From Lama guanicoe (Eukaryota): 64,000 nucleotides of DNA. Made by a program: the position numbers and the translations under genes. The stretch lies in contig MU053588.1 of assembly GCA_013239625.1 (NCBI GenBank), positions 397,988 through 461,987 of the forward strand, given 5' to 3'. Under the pieces are notes generated by a model. The model was given only the letters and a program-made list of their open reading frames with translations, did no database searches and had not been told where the DNA came from. Shown here piece by piece: positions 12,576-24,559 of the stretch; the first letter of the stretch is position 1; each line of letters begins with the position of its first letter.

Positions 12576-13469
12576 CTGAAAGAAAGCATAAAAGAGAACA
12601 TTCAACTTTTTTTCCTGGAAAAAATGAAACTTTTATGGTATAAATAGGGGAATTAAACTGAAACTAATGTATATGAATGTGAATGACTTATACAGTGATC
12701 AAATATACTGGTGGAATTTGATAAATAGACAAAGTACAAGAAATGATGGGAAGTCATATTGGATGATAAGGTGGTTGGGACATTTTAATGAGATTTACAG
12801 ATACATATGACAAAATATGATACATATGACAAAAACACACAACTATGAAGTCAAGCTCTAAAAAAACCAACAAAAAAAGATGGACCTACTATCCCCACTT
12901 TTCTTTAACATTTACTGGAAATTACAGACACTGAAGTAAGACTAAGACAAAAACTAAAAGAAAAAGAAGCAAAAGATCAAACCATTGTAAAGCAAGAAAA
13001 AACCGACAAGCCTATTATCTGCCAGAAAACAACAAATGGTGGGGAGTATTCTAAAAGTTAATAAGATGAAAAATCAACAGATTTATTTAAAAAGACAGAA
13101 GTTTCATTGCATTTATCTTTTGAAATTTTGCTTGCTTATTTTTGGAATGAATTACTAGGAGTGAGATAACTGACTAATGGATAAAATTCATATGGCATTT
13201 CCTGGACATTGCCAAATTCCTCTCCTATAAAGTCATACATTCACTCACACAACATTTTAGTGCCTATTTCCCCACCACTTCTCAAGCACAGTACACCATC
13301 AAACTCTGGGATCTTTGCCAGTTTGAGAGGTTTCTCATTGTGGTTTTAACTAGCATTTTTCTTTAATGAGCAAAGCTGAGCATCTCCTTATGTGCTTATG
13401 TGAATTTCCATTCATTTTTTTATATTCAAATCTAAAACTCATCTGGAATTCAACCTTATATATCAATAG

Positions 13470-14270
13470 CGTGAAAGGGCAACCCACAGAGTGGGAGAAA
13501 AGATCTACAAATCATGTATCTGATAAAGGATTAATATCCAAAATACATAAGAACTCCTACAACTCCACAACAAAAAAACAAACAACCCAATTTTAAAATG
13601 TGCAAAAAACCTGAGAATAGTTTGGCAGTTCCTCACAAAGTTAAACATTGGGTTACCATATGACTCAGCAAATTTCATTCCTAGGTATATACTCAAGGGA
13701 ACTGAAAACATATACATTTGACCCTTGAACAAGGTGGGTTTGAATTGTGCAGGTCCACTTATACATGGATATTTTTCAACAGTAATTACTACAGTACTAC
13801 ACAGTCCATGGTTGGTTGAATCCATGGATAGGGAGGGCCACACTTGGATTAACCCCCACATTGTTCAAGGGTCAACTATAATCATACAGAAACTTGTTCT
13901 TGAATGTTCACAGCATCGTTATTCATAACAGCCCAAATGTGAAAATAATCTTTCTATAAATTGATGAATGGATAAACAATGATGGAATTTCTTTGGCCAT
14001 AAAAAGGAACTAGTGATACGTGCTACAACACGTGAACCTCAAGACATTATGTGAAACAGTCAAACACAAAGACCACATATTGCATTATGCCATTTATATT
14101 GGCAACCTATGGGCACAAGTTTTCTTTGGGGGATGAAGTAAATGTTCTAAAGTTAGATTATGCAACAACTTTGTAAATACACTAATAGCCATCTAATTGT
14201 ATATGGTAAAAGGGCACACTTTATTATATATAAACTATAGCTCTAATAAAGCTATTTTTAAAAAATAAAG
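13470..14270 (+). mobile_element. L1 3' end fragment, interrupted by a Tigger element
   Basis: 'aaagggcaacccacagagtgggagaaa', 'gttaccatatgactcagcaaatttcattcctaggtatatac', terminal 'ctcaataaagc'-like sequence plus A-rich tail. Confidence 0.8.
13715..13878. mobile_element. Tigger2-like (TcMar) non-autonomous DNA transposon
   Basis: Terminal inverted repeats catttgacccttgaacaa / ttgttcaagggtcaacta flanked by TA. Confidence 0.8.
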
Positions 14271-14479
14271 TTTTTAAAAATATGTCGTTTTACCATTCTT
14301 TGAACTTATCTAGAGATTTGAAATGCTCAAAAGGCAAAAGCTGGAAAACTAACCAGAAAAGTGTAATTTTATCTAAATATAGATCAAAAGATGTTTTTTA
14401 AGTAAGAGTACACATTCCTCATGAGGATGTAATAAAATCACTCTCTTCTTTATGCCAATTAGCATGTACTCACTCTTTA

Positions 14480-15260
14480 CCATGCATTTTAACACACAGC
14501 TTCAAATATGATATATACACCCATGCCTTTTGTATTTTCTCTCCAGCTGTACTCCTTTTGAAAAATCAGAAACCTAAGCTTAAACAACTCATTAACTTTC
14601 ACATTTGGATGTCTGACAACCACCTTAAACATAGCACGTGCAAAACCAAACTCTTCAATTAACCTTATTTTTGCTTTGTATGCCACATCTTTAAAAAAAA
14701 AAAAGTGAACTCAATTTTTCCACTAGTCACCCCAGAAAACTTGGAGTCATTCTCAGCTCTTCCCTTTTTCTTACACCCAACAATCAAAGTATCAGCAAAG
14801 TCAACAGAATTTCTGGCTCTGCTATCTGATCACTTTTCATCAATTAAACTATCAATACATTGCTCCCCTAGACACTGGAAAAAGCATTTCTTTGGCCTCC
14901 CTGTTTCCACCTTGTACCTCCAACCTTTTCATTACCCAGCATCTAGGGTAATCCTTTTACGTGTGAGTCAGTAAATAAAACCTTTTATATATGTCACATT
15001 TTAGTCAGAATAAGGACTTCATCGTGTTTTAAAAGCCATGACATAATCTGACCCATTTCAAAATCAGCTCTAATCACATTTCACATGTTTCTTCCCTTCC
15101 GTCACTGTCTGAGCCACACTGGACACTTTGCTGTTCCTCAAACATAGTACTTCTGTTCCTGCTTTATGGCCTTTGTATCTGTTACGCCTTTTTGCCTGAA
15201 ATTCCCTCTTCCCAGATAACCACATGGATTACACTATCTAACACATGTTAGTTGAATGAA
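14480..15260. mobile_element. L2 LINE fragment
   Basis: 'cacatttggatgtctgacaaccaccttaaac', 'gccacactggacactttgctgttcctcaaacat', terminal 'gttgaatgaa'. Confidence 0.65.
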
Positions 15261-15414
15261 AGAGTGCACCTGTCTGGTTCTCCCCCTTCACTCCAATCTC
15301 TTCTTACCTGCGACCTCTGTCTTTGGATTTCAGGCACATGCCTTTTATCCCCAATACTCTATACAGGGGTGACCACAATCACTCCCAATGCTCCAACTAT
15401 TATACTTCTGTGGG

Positions 15415-15770
15415 GCTGCAATGGACTGAATGTTTATGTCCCTCCAAAATTCGGATTTTGAAATTCTAACCCCTAAGGTGATAGTATTAGGAGATGGGGC
15501 TTTCAGGAGGTGATTAGGTCATGAGGGCAGAGCCCTCCTGAGTGGGATTAGTGCCCTTATAAAAAGAAGCCCAGAGAAATTCCCCTTCTTCCATGTGAAG
15601 TTATAGAGAGAAGATGATAAACTATGAGGAAGTGGGCTCTCACCATACACTAAATCTTCTGATGCCTTGATTTTGAACTTCCCAGCTTCCAGAACTGCAA
15701 GAAGTAAGTTTTTGTTGTTTGTAAGCCACAAAGTCTCTGACACTTTGTTATTGCATCCCAAATGGATAAG
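15415..15770 (+). mobile_element. MaLR MLT1A-like solo LTR
   Basis: 'atggactgaatgtttatgtccctccaaaattc...gccttgattttgaacttcccagcttccagaactg'. Confidence 0.85.
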
Positions 15771-16362
15771 AGATGAGCTCCCCACTTTTCCATCTTTAGC
15801 CCTTTCTTCTGACTGCCCTATTGAGCTCCTCTTGTAATTGATTCTACTTTTAAAAAAATTATTTATGGACTCATTCCTAGGTTTCTTTGTCTATAAATTT
15901 GTTAGTAGCTTAAAATCTTATCATCTTGCCATCATCTAGTTAACATCTTGTACCAATTATAAAATTATTAACTGTTGGTTGGAAGAATAAATGAGTAAAA
16001 TAATGAATTGAAAAGTAAACTGGTTCAGGGAAGAAAAGTCTCCAAAATTTTAAGAGAAAGTGACACTTAAATCTAAATGCAAAAGAAAATAAGAAATTGT
16101 ATAAGACTATATTCAAAATAAAGGTAGAAATTGGTCACTGAAGAGGAATAAGGGTTGTACTTCCCACTTCGAAATGGGAAGGAAACACGGTCTGTGGGAG
16201 GTAGAGGTAGTGACATTTGGACAGTTTGGTGCAGAGGTCTTACCTTCCTCTACAGGTTTTGACTATGGATGGAAACTTCCCAGAAAACATCTCAGTGTTG
16301 TTTCCTCCATAAGCAGCTGGGTTACATCCTTCAATGCCCTCTCCTTGCCTGATCATCCCTCA

Positions 16363-16494
<132 letters not shown>

Positions 16495-16712
16495 CTATGG
16501 GAGGCTCAGAATTCAAAATCAAAGAGGAGAGGTCACTATTTAGAGGAGATGAAGCTTCAGCCTCAGCCCCAACAGAGCTTCACATTTTCAACTCTTCAAA
16601 GCTCAAGCCTTTTCCTTGGGAACAGGGAAAGGAAATGTACAGAATATTTGAAAGGAGCTGAGAAATTATCAATGGGAGAAGCAAATATTCCAGAGGGAAA
16701 ACTGAACTTTTA

Positions 16713-16883
<171 letters not shown>

Positions 16884-17423
16884 CTATAATAAAAACAAAT
16901 GCTTTTAAGATGGGAGGAGATAAGAAAAAGGTAAACATACAGGTGATAAAGAGTGTTTATAGGAAGTGACACACAGAACAGGCTGGTCCTGGAGGCCCGG
17001 AAGTCGGTATGATTTATGTCTTCAAACATTCCATTTCCTGAAGATAGGTCAAGCTATCTGTTCGTGGCAGGATATTTTCAGTATCCAACAACGTTTGGGA
17101 GGTACAAGGGCTAGCTGAGTGGAGTTTCTCTATTATTTGAAATAGTATAAGTCATCCTCTAGCCTACTAACACCTGGCATATAATTAATTGTCAGTAATT
17201 GACAGTTCCCTCCTCCTACTCTTAACCCTAAGGAAGAAAAAGAGATCAACTCTACAAATTTTCCAGGAATAAAATTTGAGAATAAAAGGAATAAAGAGAA
17301 GATCCTTTTAAAAAATTAAGACAAAGAAAACAGGTCATATTAAGTATCAAGAATCAGAAATGCAATGGATTTCTAAACATCACTGTTGGAATCAAGAAAA
17401 CACTGTAAAGACATGCCTAGAGG

Positions 17424-17670
17424 AGAGTTTCTCACCATGGCAATGTTGACATTTGGGGCTGACATTCTTTTTTGCAGGGCTTGGGAGCTGTTCTATGGAT
17501 TGTTTGTTGGATATACAGCACCAACGCTGACCTCTTCTCGACTAGATGCCAGTATTACTCCCCTCTCCCAGCTATGACAACCAAAAATATCTCTAGACAT
17601 TGCCAAATATCCACCCCTGGCGGGGGATGAGGGAGGGGCAAAATTGTCCCTGGTTGAGAACCAGTTTAGA
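17424..17670. mobile_element. MER20-like hAT DNA transposon fossil
   Basis: 'gtttctcaccatggcaatgttgacatttggggc...ctctagacattgccaaatatcc...aaattgtccctggttgagaacca'. Confidence 0.8.
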
Positions 17671-18837
17671 GTCTGGACTAGCAAGAGCTTGAAATATTCA
17701 CCTCCTATTTCTAAGCATCTTTGCTTAGAACTGGTTGTGCTCCGTAAAAGCTACAGAGCAAGCCATGAAAGAGGCATACCAGGTACCTAGATAAGGGTAA
17801 ATAAGGGTCACAAGAGAAAGAGGACAAAAGGTTCCAATGCAACTGTGAAAGAAAAGTGCCAGGATGACAGCTGGGTAGCAAGTGGGAAGAACAACTAATG
17901 GAGACAGGAGCAGTAAAACAAAGGAAGCCAGAAGAAGGTATTGAAGAAATAAATGATTGATGCTTGTGACAATATGGAAAGTGTTATTGATAGTCATGTG
18001 ACAGTGATGTTTGTACACTTTGATGGATTAGCAATACAAACGTGGAAAACTGAACAAATAAGTTTAAAAGCTAATTAGTCCAGGAAAAAAAATTACATTA
18101 GAAATCATAAGTCTGCTTAGTAGACTATTTGTAGTATAACCAGGCTACAATATTTACATATTAGTAATGACACACACATGATAAAGTTAACTAAAAATCA
18201 TGTTATAAACATTTTGGGGAAAGTGTAGGAAAAAGCTAAGTTTCCATTCCAACACACAGGGAAGCCAAGGAATGATGACTAAACATGATTATTCCACAAA
18301 CAGCAAAATGAGAATAATTGGAAACACTCAGTGATAAATACTGAAGGCAGTTAGTTGAGGGTAACTGTCTTGAGACAGGAACCAGGTGATATGGCAAGGC
18401 CCTGCTACTTTAATGAGAAGCATCATATTTCAGTTTGAATCATTAATACTTAAATTTTGGTATGAGTTTGAAAATCTCTTTTTAATAAATAGAATTGTCA
18501 TATAAGTTAAGAAAATTATCAAGACATAGGTTGATTCTTATACCACATAGTAATATAAAGGGATTTGTTCTTTTTCTGAAAATTCTTTAATAAACATCAT
18601 TTTGATTAGAAGCATTATTATACATCATTTGGAGTCACTGACTTAGTCTTTCTTCTCATTTTGTTCATTAATAAGAACTTTAAGGTCTGTCTGGGCTCTA
18701 AAATTCTCAAGCAACTTATGCTCTGGGATGATCCAACCTGCAGCCAGGCACCACTAAACTGTAATAAATGTTCCTGGTTCCTGAATTGTCAAAATCTGCT
18801 GAAGAAAGATCAAAATTCACAAAAAGACTGAGGTCAA

Positions 18838-19025
18838 GAGGGAAGGGGATACTGACACAACATTGTAAACTGACTACAACTCAATTTAAAAAATAAATAA
18901 AAAAAAAAAAGAGAGAGAAGGGGATAGCTCAGTGGTAGAGTGCCTGCTTAGCACGCAGGAGGTCCTGGGTTCAATTCCCAGCACTTCCATTAAAAACAAA
19001 AGAATTAAAATTTTTTCTATTAAAA
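18838..19025 (+). mobile_element. tRNA-Ala-derived SINE with a short L1 3' tail inserted in its head
   Basis: Outer TSD aaaaagact(g/t)a(g/a)gtcaa at 18821 and 19026. Inner duplication ...gaaggggata flanks 'ctgacacaacattgtaaactgactacaactcaat' plus poly(A). Confidence 0.8.
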
Positions 19026-19443
19026 AAAAAGACTTAAGTCAAATTGGACCCACCAACTACATCTCCCATCTTGCCTTACTAGGAAGCCTCAGTCTGTGGA
19101 GATGATCATGACTTTCCAGATGTGAGCTCCCACTCAGGTTCTCAGCTTGACCTCATCACATCACAGTCTGTGTAAAACAGGTCCATTTGGCAAAGAATGC
19201 CCACATTTTCCTCCCTGTGCACTTTTGCTTTGCCAACATTCCTGATCCCACAGGGAAAAAGATAACGATTTACAGAAAAAAAGTTGTGGACACCTGGCAA
19301 CTGGGGGTACCAAGGCAACAGAACTAAGCGGATGGAATGAAAGGAAATGAATAGTTAAGAGGCCCTGGAAGAGATGCTCCTGCCCAGGACAGGTCAAGAT
19401 AAAGAAGGCAAAGGCTCATGTGTCTCAGGAAGCATCACCTCAC

Positions 19444-19452
19444 CTGGGTCAT
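19444..19452 (-). CDS. Gene A start-codon segment (MTQ) of exon 19444-19522
   Basis: ctgcag|GCTCAGG...AAAGCCATGACCCAG|gtgagg; good Kozak context (GCCATG); phase 0 joins the KRAB-A exon in frame. Confidence 0.85.
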
Positions 19453-19689
19453 GGCTTTCAGTCTTTTCAGGGAATGCGCGATCCTCAGGGCTCCTCTTCT
19501 GAAAAAGGGCAGAGTCCTGAGCCTGCAGGCCAGGCAGAGCAGCGCCGGCCTCCCAGTTTCCAGAACAACCCCGTTCAAACGGCAGTCCTTTATCTTACTG
19601 TCCCCTCTTTCCATTTCACATGGACACAGACAGGAATGGGAGGGAGACCGGACAAATCCTATCCCTTCCCTAAACCAGAGACCCGGGGC

Positions 19690-20500
19690 TCCAGCTGCAG
19701 CAGAATGACCTCTGGACGGCTGACCGCGTCTGGAGACGCGGACGCGACGCCCCTATTCCGGGCCACCTTATTTCTGAGCGTCCCTGTGTCCTCGCTACAC
19801 CTGTGGAGCAGGACTCCGGTGAGACTACACCTACAGCATTAAGACTCGCCTCATTTAAGACCCTGACCCGAAGACGCGCCCAAATTCCGGCCCCAGACCA
19901 AAGATCCGGGGCACTGCTGTCCTCAGGAAGGCCACCTCTCCCCTGAGCACAGCTGATCAGTCAGCCCTGGACGTGCCCACATATAAATCACTCTCCCGGT
20001 GTTAAAGGCGCTGCTCGCTGATAACCAAGCCCAACTCGCTAAGACCACGGCGACAGATATACAGAAAGTTTACCGGATGTAAGGTCTCCAGTCGCAGGGT
20101 AGTGCTTATGCCCATTTGGGTCTGGCCCGAAGTCACTCCCACACCGCGAGCCTTTCAACCCTAAGAGGGCCGCTTCGTCGTGCCAAGTAGGGATTGGAGT
20201 AGATAAGACGCCTCAGGGAACTGTACTAACGACGCTGTAGACAAAACGGAGCCGGCCAAACTGCTTCTGCGCCAGCGCAGTTGGAAGCTTCGCGACGTTT
20301 GAACTACAATCCCCAGAATCCTTTGAGCCCATCCTTCACCGCCCTAGACAGCGCCACCCTGCCTACACCGCCTGTGCGAGACCACGCTGGCCTCTTTGGT
20401 GAACCGGCCCCGTGGGGTGGGTTGATACCCCGGCTCCGCTCTTGTTACTCAGCAGCTAATATTGCTCAATGCCTGTGTGGTGGATAGTTGGCAATGCCCT
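19690..20500 (-). promoter_or_regulatory. CpG-island promoter P2 (gene A)
   Basis: CpG-rich and directly upstream of the start exon; AACTACAATCCCCAGAATC at 20302-20320. First-exon donor not resolved (candidate CCG|gtaaac near 20073). Confidence 0.8.
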
Positions 20501-20786
20501 TGGCTCAGTCGGTCCCATCTGAGAAGTCATTCCTCTGTTCAGAAAACTTTAGAATACAGGCTAATAAAAGTTTAGTGACAGTTAAAACTAGAAATGGAGT
20601 GCGGCCTAAGATTGATTTTTTAACAATTTAAAATTTCTGCTTGGGGTATAAAATTGACTAATTTTTGCATATGCTAAATAAAAATTTTTAAAAAGTGCTA
20701 TAAGGAGAAAAAAATGAACACCTTGCATCCTCATCTCCAGACACCTCATACTCTCCAAGCAACCAGGGCATTCACCACCTTTCCAC

Positions 20787-21273
20787 TGTCAACTGAAATA
20801 AATGCACAACCTAAAAGCTGAGAATTATGTTTTACTCGGTGGATAATTCTGAGGACTCAGCCCGGGATAATAGCCTCTCAGATGACTCTGAGGGACTGCT
20901 CCAAAGAGATAGGGGAGGAGCTAGGATATATTGGAGTTTTACAACAAAGACCAGGTAGTCAGAACGTTAAAAGAATATTTGTTAACTGAAGAAAACCAGA
21001 TATCTCAAGTTAAAGAATTTAGCGATTTTCTATGTATGGGAGGAAGCAAATATTTGGGCTTATTGAATTTATTCCTTTGACAAGCATCTAGCTATCTAGG
21101 GCCAGTATCCTGTCTTTTCTTATTCTGAGTCCCCTCAGAGTGCACAGTTGTGAGTGGCTGCAGAGGCTGGGCTGCAGGCTTGTCTTCACTGAGGGGTGGC
21201 AGCAGCTGCTGATAACTTAATGGCTTCATCATTCCTTGTTTACTGACATGGCTTGAAGTATTTTTCGTTCACA
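20787..21273 (-). mobile_element. ERV1-class solo LTR (MER41-like)
   Basis: TG...CA termini with 4-bp TSD CCAC (20783-20786, 21274-21277). TATA-like and U5-like sequence read on the minus strand. Family name from recall. Confidence 0.8.
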
Positions 21274-22780
21274 CCACCGTGACAATAGGTGCGTGTCAGT
21301 TTATTTCTATGCATGTGCCTGAGTTCATATATACAGATAAATATGATACATTTTAAACAAAAATATTAGCTTGTTGGAGGGGTAGGGGATTAAAATAAAA
21401 ATATATATTAGCTTGTTATACACACAAAATATTGTTTGTAACTTTCATATTACTATATAGATACCTTGTTCTTTTAATTTGCTGTACATTTCCATTAAAT
21501 AAATAGATGTATGATAATTTAACCAATTTATAACTGTAACTGACTCCTCTCCCCTAGTCTTTTGCTGTTAGGCTGGTGCCATAAATTATATTCTTTGTGG
21601 ATATGTCTGGGGAAATCTGTTACATAAATTCCTCCACAAATTCTAGAGAAATGAATACCTGAGTTTTCTTTTGATAAGTATTTTGCTACTGCCTTCCTTT
21701 AGGTTTTATCAATTCAGCTGTCCACTATCAACATGTAAATTAGATACACAATTTCCTTACTTTGTCAATCTGGTGGATGGATATTGCATTTCTAAATTAT
21801 ATATATCTTATTGAGATGGGAGTAAAAATTTCCAAAGGGGTAAAAACTTCTTTGCAGTTTCTGTGATATATTTTTTCATACTTGCTCATTTTCTATTAGG
21901 TCATTGTTTATATTTTCTCTTAATGATTTGTATTGCCTATTTTTGTTATTAAGTAATACTGACTATTTTCAATTTTTAAAATCTCCAGTTTGGGATTTAT
22001 ATTTTGACTTTCAATAGTGTTTCCAGTTTGCCATATAAAAGTAGACAAATACATTTTTTCTACAATGGTTTTCCTATATGGTTTTGTGTTACTTTAACCT
22101 TATTATTTTCCTCCATGTTTTTCTCTAAGATTTTATGGTTTAGTCTTACATTTTATAATTCTTAGTCTACATCTTTGATCTATTTGCATTTAATTTTGTT
22201 TTGAGCTGTGCATTAGGATTCTATTTTTTTTTTGAAATCTCCTCTGTATGGCTACCCTATTATATTAAGCCATTTAATGGATAATCTGTTTTACAGATAT
22301 GTCCATGTTTTACACAAGTCCTGTGAACCAATACATTCTCTAATATAACCACAATAAATTCTCAGGAAATTTAACAATTACAATATTATGATCTAATATA
22401 TAGTACATATTCAGATTTCTCCCAAATATCCCAACAATTTCTAAAGCTTTTTAAATCCAAAATACAAAGATCATTCACTATTTTAGTTGTCATATATCAT
22501 TATTCTTCTTTGATTTGGAACAGTTCACAGCTTTCTTGTACTTCAAAGCCATATTTTTGGTGTCCAGACTGCTTTTCTCCCCCCAAATGTCCTTCTAAAC
22601 ATTTTAAAAAATTCCCCATGTTCCAGGCTAAATATTTTTGACAAGAATACTCCAAGGGTGATAGTGTCCTTAATGCATCACATCAGGAGCCACATAATGT
22701 CACTTTATCCCATTTGTTGCATTAATTTACTTCCTTAAGCTTGTGGTCAACAGCCCTATCCACTGTAAAGCTATCTATTC

Positions 22781-22812
<32 letters not shown>

Positions 22813-22834
22813 NNNNNNNNNNNNNNNNNNNNNN
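22813..22834. other. Assembly gap (22 N) following a poly(T) run of about 30 nt
   Basis: Seen directly. Confidence 1.
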
Positions 22835-23679
22835 ATTGAGTAAGCTATGGAGTGATGTTTTCAGACTGTTTGAAAAAATATGTATACAAATTTGTCTTAT
22901 CTTTGCCACATGGCTACTAAAAACATTTGTTGAAAATCTATATGTAAAATGATATATATATGAAATAATACATCCAAATGCTCAAGATTTATAACAGTTC
23001 AGAAAGGTATTAAATTATCAAAAATGCCTTCATTACCATATACTACCTTTCCTATCTGTTTGGATATATAGCTGGAATTTTAGTTCTAGTCATCCATTAT
23101 CTTTTTGCTAGAGCTAGACTCTTGATTATTGTAGAACTGAAATATACCTTAATGTTTAATAGTTCTAATTAACCAATTTTTATTATTCTTTTTCAGAATT
23201 TTACTGGTTTTTCTGGTCTTTTTATTTTTCTCCATAGACTTTAGAATTAGCTCATATGTTTAAAAAATTCTTGAGTAGTTTTAATTGAGAGTGCATCATA
23301 TTTATAACCTAAGGAACTGTGATATCTTGATGATGTTAGCACTGCAATTTCAGAACATGTTATATTCTCTCACTTTTTCATCTTGTGAGTGCTTTAGAAA
23401 TTTTAAATTATTTTTCCATATTGGTCATGGATATTTCTATTTAATTTTATTTGTGATAACTCAAATTTTTTGTGACTACTTAAGTAAAAGAATTTTTTTT
23501 CTATTGAAACTTCTATTTCTTAAGACTATTTGCACATGAGTTAATTGATTTCTGTATGTTAATTTTCTACCAAGGCAACTTCAGATTGGTCTCTCTCATA
23601 GTTTAAAAGGATGATAAAATACAGCTTTTTTCAATAAGCCTGTGTGATGTAATTTTTTTGCAATTTTGGAAGTGGTCTA

Positions 23680-23845
23680 TAATACATTGTCCAATACAAT
23701 GGCCACTGGCCACAGGTAGTTACTGAGTGCTTGAAATGTGTCTAATGAGGCAGAGGAAATGAATTTTAAATTTTATTTATTTTAAATCTAAATTTAAATA
23801 GCTGCATGTGGGTTACTGGCTAAGGTATTGGACATTGCAGGGTAA
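23680..23845. mobile_element. MER3/MER33-like hAT fossil
   Basis: Quasi-palindromic 'attgtccaatacaatggccactggccaca...tgtgggttactggctaaggtattggacattg'. Confidence 0.75.
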
Positions 23846-23859
23846 AGATGTCAAAAAAG

Positions 23860-24335
23860 CTGAGAAATGGGATTGGTTATGTTGTATAAAGTCTGAGCCA
23901 CTATTCAGATACTTCCTACAGTCTCCACATTCATAGGGTCTCATACCAATAGGCACTATATGATATAAACTAAGTTTTGAAGTCCTACTAAGGGCCTCCC
24001 TATATTCTTTATAGTCAGAATTTTTTTTTTCTTGCCAGTTTGACTTTCTTGATAAGTACTAAGTTGTGAGTCTTGTCCACAGGCATTTTTATGTTTTTTG
24101 CATTCACAAGACTTCTCTTTAGTATTAAATGTTTCATGTAGAGAAAAAAGTGTATGCTGAAAGGAAGTGGGCATGTCTTCAGCGGTAAATGACATTTGGC
24201 TAAAATATCTTTCCTGAGATCCCTTTTTAAGTCCATGCTTCGTAAATTCTTCCATTATAACCCATTGTGATGAATCTGTTTCATAATTTTCCTCTTTCAG
24301 AAATAATTTCTTGTTCTCACACCTAGATTTATATT
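23860..24335 (-). pseudogene. Truncated ZNF last-exon pseudogene, paralog of ZNF345 and gene A
   Basis: Intact acceptor ttttctttcag|AA. Reads EYKSRCENKKLFLKEENYETDSSQWVIMEEFTKHGL..KKGSQERYFSQMSFTAEDMPT, with an internal deletion and a frameshift in an A-run at about 24025. Only degenerate fingers and one finger-like unit (PYECGDCRKYLNSGSDFIQHNQSH) remain before truncation. Confidence 0.9.
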
Positions 24336-24559
24336 CTGAAAGAAAATACAAATAAAAACATTCACTTTTTTTCTTGGAAGACACAAAACTTAGAATAAAA
24401 AAGGAAGAATTACAATGACAATGTCTATAAATGTGAATAGAATATAAAGTTCTGATATGATGGTGCAATTTAAGAGATAAAGAAGATTTAGAAATTGAAA
24501 AGTGATATAGGAAGGTAAAGGGAAGGTGATTAGGAAAAGATTAAAATCAGTGATTGTTA

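Noticed and set aside
18919..18989. tRNA-Ala(AGC)-like sequence as a real tRNA gene (also the four other copies)
   Set aside because: A-rich tails, TSDs, imperfect stems and multiple diverged copies identify them as SINEs.
23956..24468. 170-aa ORF as a standalone protein
   Set aside because: Starts in intron sequence at a non-ATG codon, runs through the splice acceptor and frameshifts out of the finger frame; it is the pseudo-exon.
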